Below are positions 1 through 9,803 of a DNA stretch of 64,000 nt, in pieces. Both the position numbers and the translations under genes were made by a program. The DNA is from Cyanobacteria bacterium P01_A01_bin.123 (GTDB taxonomy: Bacteria; Cyanobacteriota; Cyanobacteriia; Phormidesmidales; Phormidesmidaceae), in contig JBCBZT010000027.1 in the NCBI GenBank assembly GCA_039815185.1, forward strand, positions 43,336 to 107,335. Direction: 5' to 3'. How positions within the stretch are numbered: position 1 is the first letter of the stretch; each line of letters opens with the position of its first letter. Below the pieces are notes generated by a model. It was not told the DNA's origin. It searched no databases and saw only the letters and a list, made by a program, of their open reading frames with translations.

Positions 1-1
1 A

Positions 2-2041
2 GATGTTAACCTGCGCCAGGTCAATTTTGCCCAGGCAGAATTTGCCCAAACTGCCTTTGCCCAAACCTTTAGCAGTATTTTAGCGATCGCTTTTAGCCCC
101 GATGGTGAGCTAATAGCGACAGGAGATAACAATCTTGAAATTCGCCTATGGCGGGTAGTCGATGGTCAACTCCTGTTAACGTTGCAAGGACATATGGACT
201 GGGTGCGGACTGTCGCGTTTAGTCCCGATGGGCAGACGCTGGCCAGTGGCAGTGATGACAACACGATACGCCTATGGGATGTGCAAACCGGGAAATCTCT
301 TAAAACCCTGGAAGCCCATACAGGCCGAGTCTGTGCCGTCATGTTTAGTCCGAATGGCCTTACCCTAGCCAGCAGCAGCGAAGATCAAACCCTGCGCTTG
401 TGGGATATCCGTAGCGGTGAGTGCCTGAATGTGTTGACAGGCCATACTCAACAGATCTGGTCTGTTCAGTTTGACGCTGAAGGCAAACGACTGGTCAGCG
501 CAGGGGAAGATAATACTATCAAGCTCTGGGATGTGCAGACTGGCCATGGTCTCAAAACCCTGAAAGGGCATACCAATTGGATCGGGTCGGTTGCTTTTAG
601 CCCGGATGGGCAACTGGTAGCAAGCGGCAGTCATGATCAAACAGTGCGTCTTTGGGATGTTGGGACTGGGCAATGCCTTAAAACCTTGAGCGGTCACACC
701 AACTGGATTTGGACTGTAGCTTTCAGCCCAGATGGGCAGATCCTCGCTAGTGGCAGTGAAGATCGTGCAGTGCGGCTGTGGGATGTTGATACGGGCCAAT
801 GTCTCAAGATTCTAGAAGGGCATACCCATCGAGTATGGGCCATTGCTTTCAGTCCTAATAATGCAATGCTGGCCAGTGGTGGCGGCGATCAGACCGTGCG
901 CTTTTGGGAGATATCTCAATTAGGGGCGGTGCTGTCCTATCCAGGAGTTGGTTCAGATAGCGGTTCAACTAAGCCACAACTCATTTCTGGTCAGTGCTTG
1001 AGAACACTGCAAGGCTATACCCGTCAGGTGTGGACGGTGACCTTTAGTCCCGATGGGCAGTCTCTTGCCAGTGGCGGTGACGAAACGTTTATTCGGCTCT
1101 GGCAGGTTGATAACAGCCAATGCTACAAAACCTTAACCGGTCATACCCATCGCGTCACTGCCGTTGCCTGGAGCCCCGATGGTACGATGCTGGCTAGTTG
1201 TGGGGAAGATCAAACCATTCGACTCTGGAATGCGCACACCGGGCAATGCCTTAAAACCTTGAGCGGGCATACCAAGCAACTCTGGTCCGTGGCCTTTAGC
1301 CCCGATGGTGCCCTCCTGGCCAGTGGGGGGGAAGATCAAACAATCAAATTGTGGCAGGTTGAAACAGGAGACTGCTTAAGAACCATTGAAGGGCATACCA
1401 ACTGGATCTGGACCCTCGAATTCAGTCCTACTGCCCCATTGTTGGTCAGCAGTAGTTTTGACCACACCGTGAAACTCTGGGATATCCAAACCGGCGATTG
1501 TGTCAGAATCCTGGCAGGTCACCAGGGCTCGGTAATGGGCGTGGCTTTTAGCCCCGATGGCACCCGCCTGGCCAGTGGCAGCATGTACGATCAGACCGTC
1601 CGAATGTGGGATGTGCAGACAGGAGATTGCTTAAACGTTTTGACGGATCAGCTGGTTATGTGTCTTGCCTTCTCTCCACCAAACAGCGCATCATCCTCAA
1701 CGCAAGCCTCCATTCTCGCCGTAGGGGGGGTGGATCAGAGCTTAAAGTTTTTGCATCCTGACACTGGCAAAGGGATCAGCCTGCCGCAAGCCCACCAGCG
1801 TTGGCTCTTTGACCTGGGATTTAGTCCAGATGGTCAAACCCTGGCCAGTAGTAGTGCCGATGAGACAATTAAGTTGTGGGATGTGAATACAGGAGAGTGC
1901 CTGAAAACCCTCAGACCCGATCGCCCCTACGAAGGTATGAACATCACTGGGGCAATTGGTTTAACCCAAGCCCAAAAGGCGGCTTTACAAAGCTTGGGAG
2001 CAATCGATCAAGACGAAAATGCAGGTGCTGTCCTCCAATAA
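2..2041 (+). CDS. WD40 repeat protein, 5'-truncated by the window edge (probably the C-terminal part of an NB-ARC/NACHT-WD40 protein)
   Basis: Many GH..W..V.FSPDG..LASGS.D.T..LWD repeats. The frame is open from position 2 ([23 protein letters not shown], pentapeptide-like linker). The C-terminal [20 protein letters not shown] tail is typical of cyanobacterial NB-ARC-WD40 proteins. Confidence 0.9.
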   Translation, partial: DVNLRQVNFAQAEFAQTAFAQTFSSILAIAFSPDGELIATGDNNLEIRLWRVVDGQLLLTLQGHMDWVRTVAFSPDGQTLASGSDDNTIRLWDVQTGKSLKTLEAHTGRVCAVMFSPNGLTLASSSEDQTLRLWDIRSGECLNVLTGHTQQIWSVQFDAEGKRLVSAGEDNTIKLWDVQTGHGLKTLKGHTNWIGSVAFSPDGQLVASGSHDQTVRLWDVGTGQCLKTLSGHTNWIWTVAFSPDGQILASGSEDRAVRLWDVDTGQCLKILEGHTHRVWAIAFSPNNAMLASGGGDQTVRFWEISQLGAVLSYPGVGSDSGSTKPQLISGQCLRTLQGYTRQVWTVTFSPDGQSLASGGDETFIRLWQVDNSQCYKTLTGHTHRVTAVAWSPDGTMLASCGEDQTIRLWNAHTGQCLKTLSGHTKQLWSVAFSPDGALLASGGEDQTIKLWQVETGDCLRTIEGHTNWIWTLEFSPTAPLLVSSSFDHTVKLWDIQTGDCVRILAGHQGSVMGVAFSPDGTRLASGSMYDQTVRMWDVQTGDCLNVLTDQLVMCLAFSPPNSASSSTQASILAVGGVDQSLKFLHPDTGKGISLPQAHQRWLFDLGFSPDGQTLASSSADETIKLWDVNTGECLKTLRPDRPYEGMNITGAIGLTQAQKAALQSLGAIDQDENAGAVLQ

Positions 2042-2089
2042 TCTTGTTAAAGAAACAATCTTTCAGCGACCACTTATGCTTGCTTTTGT

Positions 2090-5000
2090 TTACTCCCAAA
2101 GCAACACGGAAGGCAGTTCATCCTGGGCTAACCGCAACAGTTCATAACCAATCCCAGTGGTGCCTTGGAAAAAGCCAGGGTTAAAGACAGAATTGGGCAG
2201 GTTAGCAAACAATTGGTATGCGCCGGATTGGTTGGCGCGGGCAACCACGGCAGCAGCTTTTTGTGAAGCAGCTTGTCGCCAATCTGGGCGATTGCAGCGT
2301 TGGGCTCCTACTAAAAGGACTTCAGCCACACCCAAATTACCGCAACAGAGATGATCAATGCCTTTTAGGCCTTGTTGTTGGGTAGTTTCTAGGGCAATTT
2401 GCAGGTCTTGCACCAGGGCTTCTGTCGGCCAAACATCCAGGCTACCCAGGCGTCCTAAGCCAATGCCAGCCGCGCCGTGGCACCATTGCACCGGAAAGGT
2501 AGGGCGACTTTCTGGATTGAGGTCGCGCAGGTCAGGCCAGTTTGCCTGAGTAGGAGAAAACACACTGCGTTCGTAGGCCATCCCCTCTAGGGCGGCTTCT
2601 CGATAGTCTGGGTCATCGGTAATGGCGTAGAGGCGCAAGAGGGCGTAGGCAATCCCAGTGGCCCCATGGGAGAAACCCGTCAGGGGTTTTTCGGCCAAGT
2701 TTTTCCAGGCTTTGGGGCCTGACGCTGGGTGGGTTTGTTGGCTGAGCAGGTGTTGTCCACAGGCGATGGCTTTTTCTAAAACGGTGATCTCTCCTGTCAC
2801 CTGATAGAGCGACAGCGATCCTAAAATGCTGCCCGCCGCACCGCTGATGATGTCCAAGGCTTGGTCAGCGGCAATCATCTCTGGTGTGATCATGGTTGCC
2901 AGGGTTTGCGCCTCCGTCAGGAAGGTTTCATCTTCTAAAAACTGACCCACCTTCACAAAGGTATAGATCATCGCAGTGATGCCAGTGGCAATGCCGATGC
3001 CCATCCGTCGCGCAAAGCGTTGGCGCGCGTCTGAAGTCATGCTGTTCAACTGTCGCCGTAGGGGGTGCAACACTCGCAGGGTCAGATCGCGGTAATGGGG
3101 CTCCTGGGTAACGTGGTACAGCCCCGCCAGGAACAGCGCTACGCCACAGCGCCCATCGTAGAGACTGTCATTGAGGAGCTGGAGTTGATAGCGATTAGCT
3201 TGGGGGACAAACCCCAGGCTGATCCAGTTGAGGCTGCCGTCGGTATCTTGCAAGGCTCTGACCTCAAGGTCGGCTGCGATCGCACGGGCAGCCTGGATGA
3301 GTTGTTCGCGACTGAGCAGGGGCAGCTCGTTTGCCTGCCAGGGCCGGGCCTCATCGACGGACGGTTGGGCCACCCTGGCATAAAAGGCTCCCTGGATAAT
3401 AGCCACCTGCTGGGCCAGGTTGGTTTCATTCAGGGCCTGGATTTGTGAGATGACATAGTCATAGCTGGGGCGCTTAAAATACTGAGAAATGGTCTGGATG
3501 TTTCTCAAAATCAAAGCATCGTTGCTGGTATTGGCGGTAAAAAAAGGAATATCCAGCTGCTCCATAGCCCGCAGCTCAGCCTGGACAATGGGCCAGGCAT
3601 TGGGCTGTTGTTGAGCTAACACAAAAGCCCGACTGAGGTAGTCCAACTCAATGCTATAGTCCACCCCATGCTTGAGATGATCTGGTGTCCAGGCTTTATT
3701 TAACAGAATGTAGTAGATGCGAGTGGCGCGCATAATAAACCGCACCTGCTGATTTTGTAACCCTGCCAATGGCCCCCCGGCGGCCAGCAGCAGACTTTGC
3801 TGCTGCATCAGGAACCGATACATGCACTCAAACCCGGTCACAATATGGACTTGATAGTCGTTGGGTGACAGGGGCGTATCGCCCAAATGGGGCACATTCT
3901 TGGCAATGGGTGCGGTGACTGTCTCGGCGCGCAAATGCATGTCGTCGGTATTCACCGCCTGCCAGCGGAGCACCTTGCAGGGGGCGGGTTGTGGGTCAGT
4001 ACTGCCCAGGCCACTGATGTCAAAGGCAAGCCGCTGATCGGGGCTAAAATCCCACTGGGGCAGCAACCCTGTACGCAAGACAGAGTCGCCAAACAGCTGG
4101 GTAGATTCTGTCTCTAGGGCCAGGGCATCCGGTGAATTTTCGATCAGGTGGACATCGTGTTGCAGCAGAGATTCTATATCAATCAGCACTAAATGCTCAC
4201 CGCTGGCGATCAGGTTTTCATGGTGGCAGTCGGTGCCCCGCAACACATAGATTAAGCACGACAACATGCCTGCCCGTTGGTAAAAGCGCTCAACGGCGGC
4301 TTCATCATGGCAGGGCAACTGTTCAACATATTCGACCCAGCCATATCCATCGCGATTAAGCACCTGGATGACTTTGAAATCGAGCAGTTGATTGTGTTGA
4401 TTACACCAGGTCAGTAGATGATTCCAGGCCACCTCTAAACCGGAATCTTTGGGTTTGTAGACCAGTGTGAGGCCCGACTCAAAGGTGAGCAGCAGCACCG
4501 TACGCCCCTGGTTGTGCGGGTCAGACAGGGATGCCTGGAGGTCAGTCACTTTGCCCAGGGGCGCATTCTGACACTCAGAGTTAGATGCTTGAGCCCCCCC
4601 TACCCCCCAATATGGGGTGTTGTTGAGGCTAAAATCTCCTGAGCTTGGAGAAAATCGCTGCTGAATGTCAGTTTGGTCTTGGGCCAGCCGCTGGATGAAT
4701 TCAGCCGTGGCATCGACCCACAGATCAACCGCCACCGCAATCAGCCGCCCCAGGACAGGATAGGTTTGCAAGAAACTGAGCAATCCATCTGCCAGTAAGT
4801 CCGTCACAAATTGATGGTACTGGGTTTGGCTATGACCTGTTTCAGCCTCTTCGATACCCAAAAGATTCAGTAAGTTTTGCCCCAGAGATCGTCCTTTAGA
4901 AAACTCAAAATCGAGGGTTTTGTTAGAAATTTGGGTGAGCCGTTGCAACAGGCTACGTTCTAGCGTGGTGTAAGCTTTCTCTGAAAGCAGAGAAAGCGAC

Positions 5001-5482
5001 AGGATCTTGCCAGTGAGTTGGGTCACTCCCAGGCGCGTGAGCAAGTTTTGTCTGGCGACTTGCAGGGTGGGGAGCCAGATGTCTTCAAAGGGAGTGGGAT
5101 GGTCAGGATCGCTCAGCCAGACCAGATCAGGGTTGGGGGTGAACCCTGCGCCAGTTTGGATCATTTGTCGCAGGGTCTCGGCCCAGGCGGGTAATGGCTG
5201 CCCCGCTGCAAACTTCACGGTACCCAGATAAGGCCGAACTTCGTCCAGGCTGAGTCCGTCCCATTCTAAGCGTTTCTGCAAAATCTCTAGCCTGTTTTCA
5301 TGGGCGACGGTTTGACACCACCGCTCGCAGCGGCGATCCATGGCTGATGGGTTGCTCTGGTGGGGAGCAACCGTAAAGCGATCAGCATCGAGTCGCTCCC
5401 ACAGGAAGCTAGCCTCGGCAACGATCGTGGCTAAATCGCCGTCGGTGAGTTGAGGGGATTTTGCAATTAGGGTTGTAGACAT
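2090..5482 (-). CDS. lanM: Class II lanthipeptide synthetase (LanM, ProcM-like)
   Basis: Dehydratase motifs YKPK, TDCHHENLIA, LIDIESL, RATRIY. LanC-like cyclase motifs LYDGRCG, GFSHG, WCHGAAG, HLCCG. 1130 aa. Confidence 0.93.
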   Translation of the reverse strand: MSTTLIAKSPQLTDGDLATIVAEASFLWERLDADRFTVAPHQSNPSAMDRRCERWCQTVAHENRLEILQKRLEWDGLSLDEVRPYLGTVKFAAGQPLPAWAETLRQMIQTGAGFTPNPDLVWLSDPDHPTPFEDIWLPTLQVARQNLLTRLGVTQLTGKILSLSLLSEKAYTTLERSLLQRLTQISNKTLDFEFSKGRSLGQNLLNLLGIEEAETGHSQTQYHQFVTDLLADGLLSFLQTYPVLGRLIAVAVDLWVDATAEFIQRLAQDQTDIQQRFSPSSGDFSLNNTPYWGVGGAQASNSECQNAPLGKVTDLQASLSDPHNQGRTVLLLTFESGLTLVYKPKDSGLEVAWNHLLTWCNQHNQLLDFKVIQVLNRDGYGWVEYVEQLPCHDEAAVERFYQRAGMLSCLIYVLRGTDCHHENLIASGEHLVLIDIESLLQHDVHLIENSPDALALETESTQLFGDSVLRTGLLPQWDFSPDQRLAFDISGLGSTDPQPAPCKVLRWQAVNTDDMHLRAETVTAPIAKNVPHLGDTPLSPNDYQVHIVTGFECMYRFLMQQQSLLLAAGGPLAGLQNQQVRFIMRATRIYYILLNKAWTPDHLKHGVDYSIELDYLSRAFVLAQQQPNAWPIVQAELRAMEQLDIPFFTANTSNDALILRNIQTISQYFKRPSYDYVISQIQALNETNLAQQVAIIQGAFYARVAQPSVDEARPWQANELPLLSREQLIQAARAIAADLEVRALQDTDGSLNWISLGFVPQANRYQLQLLNDSLYDGRCGVALFLAGLYHVTQEPHYRDLTLRVLHPLRRQLNSMTSDARQRFARRMGIGIATGITAMIYTFVKVGQFLEDETFLTEAQTLATMITPEMIAADQALDIISGAAGSILGSLSLYQVTGEITVLEKAIACGQHLLSQQTHPASGPKAWKNLAEKPLTGFSHGATGIAYALLRLYAITDDPDYREAALEGMAYERSVFSPTQANWPDLRDLNPESRPTFPVQWCHGAAGIGLGRLGSLDVWPTEALVQDLQIALETTQQQGLKGIDHLCCGNLGVAEVLLVGAQRCNRPDWRQAASQKAAAVVARANQSGAYQLFANLPNSVFNPGFFQGTTGIGYELLRLAQDELPSVLLWE

Positions 5483-6531
5483 GGGGGCGACGCTGAAGGT
5501 GTTGGGGGCGGTTGATTCTGGAGGGGAGGGGGCGACAGAGGTCGCTTCTGTCCTCGGTAAAGTCGCTGTAGTCGTTTGCGATATTCCACTAGAATTTGGT
5601 CAAAACGGCCAAGGCACATGCCAGTCAAATCCACCCGCAGATCGGCAATTTTTTCCAGCATTTGCTTGTCGCGTTTCACCTCATGATCGAGTACCCATCG
5701 CAAAATATGCTTCTGCACTAGATGGAAGATCAAACGCCCCCAGCGAGGGTTGGCTAGGTAATGCAACGAGATGCACTGGGTTTGATGGTCATTGATCGGG
5801 TTGAAGAAAAAGACTGAGCGTAACCGTTCCTGACGAGGTTGACCGGTTTTGGAATTTTCCCAATACATTTCGTAGGTGTGGTAAACCGGGGAGAAGTGCA
5901 TGGTCAGGTGATTGAAAAAGCGATCGCCGCCGTACATCCCAAATAACTTTTCTAGGAGCCAAGGGAGGGGGCGTTGGGGCACAATCGACAATAGCTGGAT
6001 ACGATCCTCATGGCTAAAGTCAAAGATCGGCTCGACTACAGCCGTGTCGGCCAGGTTATACCCAAAGAAGGTATGGCTGGTGGGGGCATGCTCCATCTCG
6101 GCAAAGATATCCACCACCAGCTCCAGGGGCACATCAATCCGATGCTCTAGGGTGCAGCTAAACTCATATTCAGGAAAATTTAGCTCGGGGAGTTGGGCCT
6201 TGCTGTCTGATGCTTTAACCCAGATCCACCTATACTGCTCTGTTGTTTCCAGGCTATGGGCACAAGGCCTGAGGTTAGGGGTACTCAGACTCTGGCCCTG
6301 ACCATTGGGGGCATAGCACCAGCCATGGAAAGGACACACTAAGCGATCGCCCTCGACCCAGCCTTGACTCAGGCGCATCCGACGGTGGGGGCAGCTATCC
6401 TTGAGGGCACCAATCTCACCAGTCTGGGTGCGAAACAGAACAAATTCTTGTCCGCAGAGCTGGATGGCAACCGGCTGCTGCGTTAACGCCTGACTTTGCA
6501 GGACAGGATGCCAGTGATCGAGTTCAGTCAT
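5467..6531 (-). CDS. Rieske [2Fe-2S] non-heme iron oxygenase
   Basis: CPHR...CPFHGW Rieske motif; EMEHAPTSH and a downstream Asp (RDKQ) as likely mononuclear-iron ligands. Stop overlaps the lanM start. Confidence 0.88.
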   Translation of the reverse strand: MTELDHWHPVLQSQALTQQPVAIQLCGQEFVLFRTQTGEIGALKDSCPHRRMRLSQGWVEGDRLVCPFHGWCYAPNGQGQSLSTPNLRPCAHSLETTEQYRWIWVKASDSKAQLPELNFPEYEFSCTLEHRIDVPLELVVDIFAEMEHAPTSHTFFGYNLADTAVVEPIFDFSHEDRIQLLSIVPQRPLPWLLEKLFGMYGGDRFFNHLTMHFSPVYHTYEMYWENSKTGQPRQERLRSVFFFNPINDHQTQCISLHYLANPRWGRLIFHLVQKHILRWVLDHEVKRDKQMLEKIADLRVDLTGMCLGRFDQILVEYRKRLQRLYRGQKRPLSPPPLQNQPPPTPSASPPCLQP

Positions 6532-8204
6532 GAGATCCCTCCTAGGGTTAAATACTGGGAGTTGGAACGGTCTGGGGTGGTTTGGTATAGATCATCAATC
6601 GCGGTCTGAAAATAAGCCTGAATTGCAGTACGGCGCAGCTTGCCATTGGCGGTGAGCAAGCCATTGGCCTGACTGAAGGGCTCACGGGTGAGGTAGAATT
6701 TGCGAATTTTTTGATAGTGGGGAACGGTCTCGTTGAAGTGGTGAATGGCGATCGCTAACGTAGACTCATCGACTGAACCCGTAAGAATGGCACAGAGAAA
6801 GGGTCGCCCATGACCCACCAGCACAGCTTGTTCCATGCCGTCACAAGCCTCGATCAGTCGTTGTTCTAAGGGTTCTGGGGCAATGTTGTGGCCTGAGGTC
6901 GGCACCAAGAGATGTTTGAGACGACCAATGATCCGCCAATGACCTGAGGCACTGACTTCGGCTTGATCACCGGTATGGAACCAGCCCTCGCGGATGACTT
7001 GAGCCGTTGCTGCTGGATTGTTCCAGTACCCGGCAAAGATATTGGGCCCCCGGCAAACCAGTTCGCCTTGCGGCGTTAAGCGCACTTCACAGTCTTGAAT
7101 AGCATGACCGACGTAGCCCGGTATGGGTGATTGAAGGGGATCGAGGGTAACCAGACCTGTGGTTTCAGTGAGGCCATAGCCCTGGTAGATCGGGATGCCA
7201 ATCATGGCAAACCAGCGTTGGGTTTCGATCCGCAAGGGGGCCGAGCCACAGATAATCAGTTGGAGATGGGGGGCGATCGCCCGTTTGATTTGGGCCAATA
7301 GGGTTAGGCTCACGCCTTTAAAGATCAAGGCGTCAACCCAGCGGTGTCCTGTCAGCGAGCGGTCATAAGCCTGCTGGCCAACTGTAAACAGCCATTGGGC
7401 AATACGCCCCTGCTGTTTTAAGGCTTGCTCAATGCCACTGCGGAACCGCTCCAGCACCATGGGCACGGTCAAAAAGAACGCCGGATCGGCATAGCGGAGA
7501 TCCGCTGCCAGATTGTCTAACTGGGTGCATAGGGTTAACGGACGCCCTTGATACAGCTGGGCCCAAAGGATGAGATGGGCGGGGGCAAAGCAAAAGGGTA
7601 AAAAGTGAAAGGCACCGCCTTTGTCGGTTGACGGCTGGGTTGCAGCTTCAAGCCGCTGGCTGATTAAGGGAATCATGTAGTCAAAGTTGGCGCGGGTGAG
7701 CATCACCCCCTTAGATGCCCCGCTAGTGCCCGAGGTATAGATCAAGGCGATCACTGCATCCGCTGGAATGGGGTAAGGCGCTGCCTGGGTGGGTTCAGCG
7801 TCAAATGCGTCATCGACTAAGGCGATCGCACCGGGAGTAAGCCAGATCTCCGTCATTGCTTCCCCAAGCGCTGAATCCCCGACCAGTAGCAATTTGGGTT
7901 GGCAGTCTGCCAGCATTTTGGCTAGTTCTGGCAGACTCTGGCGGCTATATAGCGGTACTACAATTGCCCCTTCTGCCAAAATCGCCAGCTCCAGGGCAAC
8001 CCAGCGAGCTGAGTTGGGGGCCAGTAATGCCACGCGATCGCCGGGACATACCCCCTGATTTGCAATAAAGGTACGGGCACGACGAATCTGCAGCGCTAAC
8101 GCTGCCGCTGAGATATCGACCCATTGTTGATCATGGATTTCCCTGAGAATCGGTTGATTCTGCAGCTGATGTAAGTTTTGGACAATCGTTTCCAGAAAGT
8201 TCAT
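6528..8204 (-). CDS. AMP-dependent long-chain acyl-CoA ligase-like adenylating enzyme
   Basis: YTSGTSGASKG, YQGYGLTET, WFHTGD, GRLK and NGKLRR motifs. Likely start MNFLETIV at 8204; the ORF extends to 8264. Confidence 0.88.
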   Translation of the reverse strand: MNFLETIVQNLHQLQNQPILREIHDQQWVDISAAALALQIRRARTFIANQGVCPGDRVALLAPNSARWVALELAILAEGAIVVPLYSRQSLPELAKMLADCQPKLLLVGDSALGEAMTEIWLTPGAIALVDDAFDAEPTQAAPYPIPADAVIALIYTSGTSGASKGVMLTRANFDYMIPLISQRLEAATQPSTDKGGAFHFLPFCFAPAHLILWAQLYQGRPLTLCTQLDNLAADLRYADPAFFLTVPMVLERFRSGIEQALKQQGRIAQWLFTVGQQAYDRSLTGHRWVDALIFKGVSLTLLAQIKRAIAPHLQLIICGSAPLRIETQRWFAMIGIPIYQGYGLTETTGLVTLDPLQSPIPGYVGHAIQDCEVRLTPQGELVCRGPNIFAGYWNNPAATAQVIREGWFHTGDQAEVSASGHWRIIGRLKHLLVPTSGHNIAPEPLEQRLIEACDGMEQAVLVGHGRPFLCAILTGSVDESTLAIAIHHFNETVPHYQKIRKFYLTREPFSQANGLLTANGKLRRTAIQAYFQTAIDDLYQTTPDRSNSQYLTLGGIS

Positions 8205-8256
8205 GGGTTGTTCTCCGAGTAGGCGGTTCTCTGGGTCTCCAACCAAATAGAAAGAC

Positions 8257-9684
8257 CTAGGCATATTGCATCAGCAACTGAGTCGTGGTTGCCGATAGTG
8301 GGGGCAAATAGGCGTACCAAGCAGGCGATCGCTCAATTTGAGGAAAATCTGGATACACACGAGCCACTTCGCCCATAAAGTCGCGCCCCATTTGTCCCAT
8401 CAACCGCAGTTGCCGAACCACGGTTTGGGCAATCCTTTGGGCAATCGCTTCCCGGTCTTGATCCAGGCGATGCAGCATAGGTAGCAATTTCTCTCCCAGA
8501 CCGGGATCGTCAACCTCCAGCAGTAGGTCGAGATGGTGGCGATCGCTCATCAAATTGCGAATGCGTTCATCCATCGTCACGCCTACAGAGGGCACCAGCC
8601 CCGGCATAGAGGTAACAATCGCGTGGAAACGGGAACTCACAAGAAATGCGCTCTGGCGCAAAATACCGACCAGTTCATGCAGGGTGTATTGATCACTGAT
8701 GAAACAGGGCGCTGGTGATGAAAGCTGGGCATTGAGGTCATAGCAAGCCCGTCGATCCAGGCGCTCCATACCCACCACCACGGTGAAAATATCCCGCTGC
8801 TGGCTAAAGGCATTCACGGCCTGGGCCAACCCCTGAATATAGGTGCGATATTGACGATCCGCTGTGGCTGAATGGTGGTGAAAATAAAGGGATTTGTAAT
8901 GCTGTTCCCGATATTTGCCAGTCAAACCCTGGTGAATAAACTTGCGCAGACTGGGCTTGATTGGCCACCAAAAGGGATTGATGGGACAAAGGGTTAGAAC
9001 CGGACGAGTTCCATCCCAACCAGCCTGTTTGAGTAAATCGACGCCCCGTTGCGGCAAGTCGGGTTCAAACGTCCAGGCGGTGTCGGCTCCCGCCGTGCTG
9101 CGAATCCTTAACTGTTGACTGAGTAAGGTTTGAGAGGGCTGATTTCGGCAAAGGATGAGCGAATTTTGGCATTGGCGGCGAACGAAATGTTGCAAACTGG
9201 CATTCATCGCCCCTGCTTCGGCCCCGTAACCAACGCTGAGTTTTTCCTCAATGGCAGCCAACCCCAAGGCGGCTGACATCATTGTGGACAAACTATCGGC
9301 AAATTTTGATTTAAACATCGAGCCCTCACAAGCAATCACCCCATGGTGTTGAGGGCACTCGCGAGCAAGAAACTGCGGAAAAATATGGGGCAATCGCACC
9401 TGCTTGGCACCCTGAAAATAGTCTGCCGTTAGAGTCGGATCAAGGGTTGTCACCGTTAGGTCTGTGGATTGACCCAGGAGGTGCTGGAGTTGCCGCACAA
9501 TCTCACTAACCCGCACATCAGCCCCGGTATTACGAGCCCCGTTGTAACCTGCTAGCAAGAGTTTGAGTGGTTTTCCCGGTCGCCATTGTTCTTGGGGCCA
9601 TCCCAGGGTGCGCTTGATGCGAGTCGCTTGGGTATAGCCTGTGCAGAGGAGTTGTAGGGTTTGGTCAAGGTCAAGGGGGTTCAT
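8257..9684 (-). CDS. Polysaccharide pyruvyltransferase-family (GT-B-like) protein
   Basis: LLAGYNGARNTGAD, LCRNQPS, GADTAW and VSSRFHAIV resemble the GYYG..N.GD / R / DxA / RxH pattern of the family. Likely start MNPLDLDQ at 9684. Confidence 0.65.
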   Translation of the reverse strand: MNPLDLDQTLQLLCTGYTQATRIKRTLGWPQEQWRPGKPLKLLLAGYNGARNTGADVRVSEIVRQLQHLLGQSTDLTVTTLDPTLTADYFQGAKQVRLPHIFPQFLARECPQHHGVIACEGSMFKSKFADSLSTMMSAALGLAAIEEKLSVGYGAEAGAMNASLQHFVRRQCQNSLILCRNQPSQTLLSQQLRIRSTAGADTAWTFEPDLPQRGVDLLKQAGWDGTRPVLTLCPINPFWWPIKPSLRKFIHQGLTGKYREQHYKSLYFHHHSATADRQYRTYIQGLAQAVNAFSQQRDIFTVVVGMERLDRRACYDLNAQLSSPAPCFISDQYTLHELVGILRQSAFLVSSRFHAIVTSMPGLVPSVGVTMDERIRNLMSDRHHLDLLLEVDDPGLGEKLLPMLHRLDQDREAIAQRIAQTVVRQLRLMGQMGRDFMGEVARVYPDFPQIERSPAWYAYLPPLSATTTQLLMQYA

Positions 9685-9689
9685 TGTGG

Positions 9690-9793
9690 GGGAGGGGGGG
9701 ATGGAGATGAGGGGGAGCAATAGTGGCAGGAGGGACGGGGGAGCGAGTCGTAAACGGCAACAAAGATAGCTTGCTCCCCCGCTCCCCTTGCCC
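9690..9793. repeat. GGGGAGC/GCTCCCC short-repeat hairpin within the operon
   Basis: gggggagcaa and gggggagcga are answered by ttgctcccccgctcccc about 60 bp later. Confidence 0.5.
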
Positions 9794-9803
9794 AAAAACA
9801 CGC

